From NCBI GenBank assembly GCA_041640595.1, contig JBEPZY010000001.1, positions 576,001 through 640,000 on the forward strand: a DNA stretch of 64,000 nt, read 5' to 3'. How positions within the stretch are numbered: position 1 is the stretch's first letter; each line of letters opens with the position of its first letter. A program made the position numbers and the translations under genes. The DNA is from Gemmatales bacterium (GTDB taxonomy: Bacteria; Planctomycetota; Planctomycetia; Gemmatales; HRBIN36). Positions 62,019-64,000 of the stretch are shown here, piece by piece. Under the pieces are notes generated by a model, which searched no databases, was not told the DNA's origin, and saw only the letters and a program-made list of their open reading frames with translations.

Positions 62019-62572
62019 TGGGTCGGCATAACTGGCAATGGTTGTTCTGGCTGGTCGCCCTGGGTGTGTTCATTCTGGACTGGTACACCAAGGAGTTAGT
62101 AGCGACCCAATTATCCGTAGGTGAGGAAGTCCGCCTGACAGCGGTGTGTCGCATTTATCATCTGCCCCAGGTCAATCGCGGTGCCTTTCTGGCACTGGGA
62201 GACCGTTGGGGTGAACGGGCGAACTGGTTTTTCATGGCGGTGACTGGGATAGTGGCGGGTCTGCTGCTTTTTCTCCACACACGCCCTGGTGTAAAAGCCA
62301 ATCCCTGGTTGTCGGCAGGCATGGGCTTGATTGTCGGCGGTGCAACCGGCAATTTCCTGGACCGCTTGCGTTTTGGTGGCGTGCGAGATTTTGTACAGTT
62401 ATTCCTGCCCGTCGGTAGCAGCGACTTTATTCCTGTAACAGCTATCTTCAACCTGGCCGACAGTGCTGTAATCGCCGGAGCCGGCTTACTTCTGGTGGCG
62501 AGCTGGTGGGGTCAAACCGAAACGCCCACAAGTTCACTCGCTGGTTCGGAACAATCACCTGCCCAGGTGTGA
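62018..62572 (+). CDS. lspA: lipoprotein signal peptidase II
   Basis: LDWYTK, NRGAF, GGATGNFLDR, VRDF, IFNLAD; TGATG coupling to the upstream gene. Confidence 0.93.
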   Translation: MGRHNWQWLFWLVALGVFILDWYTKELVATQLSVGEEVRLTAVCRIYHLPQVNRGAFLALGDRWGERANWFFMAVTGIVAGLLLFLHTRPGVKANPWLSAGMGLIVGGATGNFLDRLRFGGVRDFVQLFLPVGSSDFIPVTAIFNLADSAVIAGAGLLLVASWWGQTETPTSSLAGSEQSPAQV

Positions 62573-62630
62573 CTTTTCGTCTCGCCGGAACGGGGAAAGT
62601 ATAATCGGCCGTCTGCATTAGAGTATGCTC

Positions 62631-62782
62631 TAGGGGCGTTGATTTGTCTCGACTGCCACGTGTCGGAACCACGACACGGTTCGTAATGCTGGGGGTTGTC
62701 GGCGGATTCGGAACCAGTTTTGTTGGCAGATGAGGGGCTTCCTTGTAACTGGAGCGGTTCGAGATGCAAACAAGGGCACCTA
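62631..62782 (+). ncRNA. candidate 6S-like RNA
   Basis: Long closing stem 62631-62658/62750-62782, central open region, G-U-rich inner stem; TATAAT at 62600-62605. Confidence 0.4.
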
Positions 62783-62909
62783 AAAGTCGCGGAGGTCTTG
62801 CCCGCTTCGTCGCGGCCGGCGCGGTTGGCTCAGAACACCCCTGGACAGCCGGCGCCAGCGTGCGTAATGTTGTAATGCACAGCCCTAAGCGACCGAGTTG
62901 GGCTGACTC

Positions 62910-62980
62910 TGGGGAGTGGTGTAACGGTAGCACAGCAGACTCTGGATCTGCTTGTCTAGGTTCGAATCCTAGCTCCCCAG
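62910..62980 (+). tRNA. tRNA-Gln (anticodon CTG), CCA not encoded
   Basis: Acceptor TGGGGAG/CTCCCCA, anticodon arm GCAGA-CTCTGGA-TCTGC, T arm CTAGG-TTCGAAT-CCTAG. Confidence 0.97.
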
Positions 62981-63037
62981 CTTGCGACGAGGCGTATGAG
63001 GCGAAAGTTGTGCTGTAGTTCCACGCACCGGCTGTTT

Positions 63038-64000
63038 TTACGCGGCGATCTGCGGGTCGGAAGGTTTCATAATTTCACGCAGCAACACCGTTGCGTAACT
63101 GCCGGCGGGTAGCGAAAACGTAAGCACTACGTCCCGACCTTCAAAACTTGCCTCCAGATCGTCCACATAAACAAGTGCATTGCGTCGGGTCCCCTGCAGT
63201 AGTTTGCCGAACTGGCAGAACATATCCCGATGCAGATTGGCCTGCTGCAGAATCTCTGTTTCCAAGGCTGCGGCCTGTTGCTGGGCAGCAAACATTCGGC
63301 GACCGTAGATCGGGCCGGTAGGAACGACCTCCCGCCGGACGAAACGCTCTTGTTCGCTTTCCGTGCCCTCGGCGAGAAAAATTCCGCCGGTCTGAAGGTT
63401 ATGCAGCACGTCGCCCGGAATTATCTGATGCAACCAACCACGGCGGAACCTTTCAGCCAGGTAGCGATTGAAAAGTAGAGACTGCACTGCCGAAAGTGCG
63501 AGTTTACGAAGGAATCGGCGCTGTTCCAGTCGCGGATCGGCTTTGCCGTGGAGCAGGTCATAACCGATGCGGAGCGTGTCACCGTGTTTGCCGAAACGTT
63601 GTTCACCGTAATAGTTCGGCAGACCTGCTTGTTTCAAACGCGCCAGCAACCGGGGTAGGCGGGCTGGTGCTTCGGGGTGAACTTGGCGGATGCGAATGCG
63701 GAAACGGTTGCCGCGCAAATGGCCGGCTCGCAACTTGTTCGTGTGCCGGCTAACGCGCAAGATGGTCAAACCGGCAATCCGCACCTGGTTAAGGCGATCC
63801 GCGACTGTAGCCGGAACAGAAATCCATTGCCGCGTTACCGCGTGCCGATCCTTGAGGCCCGCCATGCCGATCAAGCGTTGGTCTATGCCCAGAGCCTGCG
63901 CCAGCCGATTCACCAACCAGTCTGCCGACAATCCGCGTTTCTCAATCCAAAGGTAAATGTGCTCCCCTGTGCCGGCTGGCTCGTAAGCAGGTATTTCCTC
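63038..64000 (-). CDS. truD: tRNA pseudouridine(13) synthase, 5' end outside window
   Basis: GEHIYLWIEKRG, AGLKDRHAVTRQW, GNRF, PNYYGEQRFG, FSLPAGSYAT; frame open to the window edge. Confidence 0.95.
   Translation of the reverse strand, partial: EEIPAYEPAGTGEHIYLWIEKRGLSADWLVNRLAQALGIDQRLIGMAGLKDRHAVTRQWISVPATVADRLNQVRIAGLTILRVSRHTNKLRAGHLRGNRFRIRIRQVHPEAPARLPRLLARLKQAGLPNYYGEQRFGKHGDTLRIGYDLLHGKADPRLEQRRFLRKLALSAVQSLLFNRYLAERFRRGWLHQIIPGDVLHNLQTGGIFLAEGTESEQERFVRREVVPTGPIYGRRMFAAQQQAAALETEILQQANLHRDMFCQFGKLLQGTRRNALVYVDDLEASFEGRDVVLTFSLPAGSYATVLLREIMKPSDPQIAA

Noticed and set aside
62633..62980. tmRNA, suggested by a GGGGC...TCGAC start
   Set aside because: No matching acceptor-stem 3' end or tag ORF; the downstream T-arm belongs to tRNA-Gln
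62764..63018. 84-aa ORF
   Set aside because: Runs through the tRNA-Gln gene

Overview
Housekeeping-rich bacterial chromosome segment with about 46 protein-coding genes and one tRNA. The Ser/Thr kinase N-termini and several small conserved proteins suggest Planctomycetota (Gemmatales-like), which is inference only. Recognisable genes are phoU, pstB, rsmD, a CCA-adding enzyme, mfd, mqnD, glgC, rsfS, argS, truA, aroA, polX, groES-groEL, psuG, a dksA-like gene, lspA, tRNA-Gln(CTG) and truD (cut by the window edge). I saw no transposase, integrase, prophage, rRNA or CRISPR array. The most interesting signals are: (1) a metal-efflux locus with a short CbiX chelatase, a ~190-nt rod-like RNA fold that buries the next gene's SD and AUG, a tandem double-MFP adaptor with a Cys/His insert, a CzcA-type RND pump and AbgT; (2) a second rod-like RNA with 6S-like features just upstream of tRNA-Gln; (3) a Ser/Thr kinase-REC-HD-GYP fusion; (4) a radical SAM gene next to a Ddl-like ATP-grasp protein whose ATP/Mg ligands are substituted; (5) a triple PHO-box-like repeat and a sigma54-type groESL promoter. 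All RNA folds were paired by eye, and family calls come from motif recognition, not database searches.
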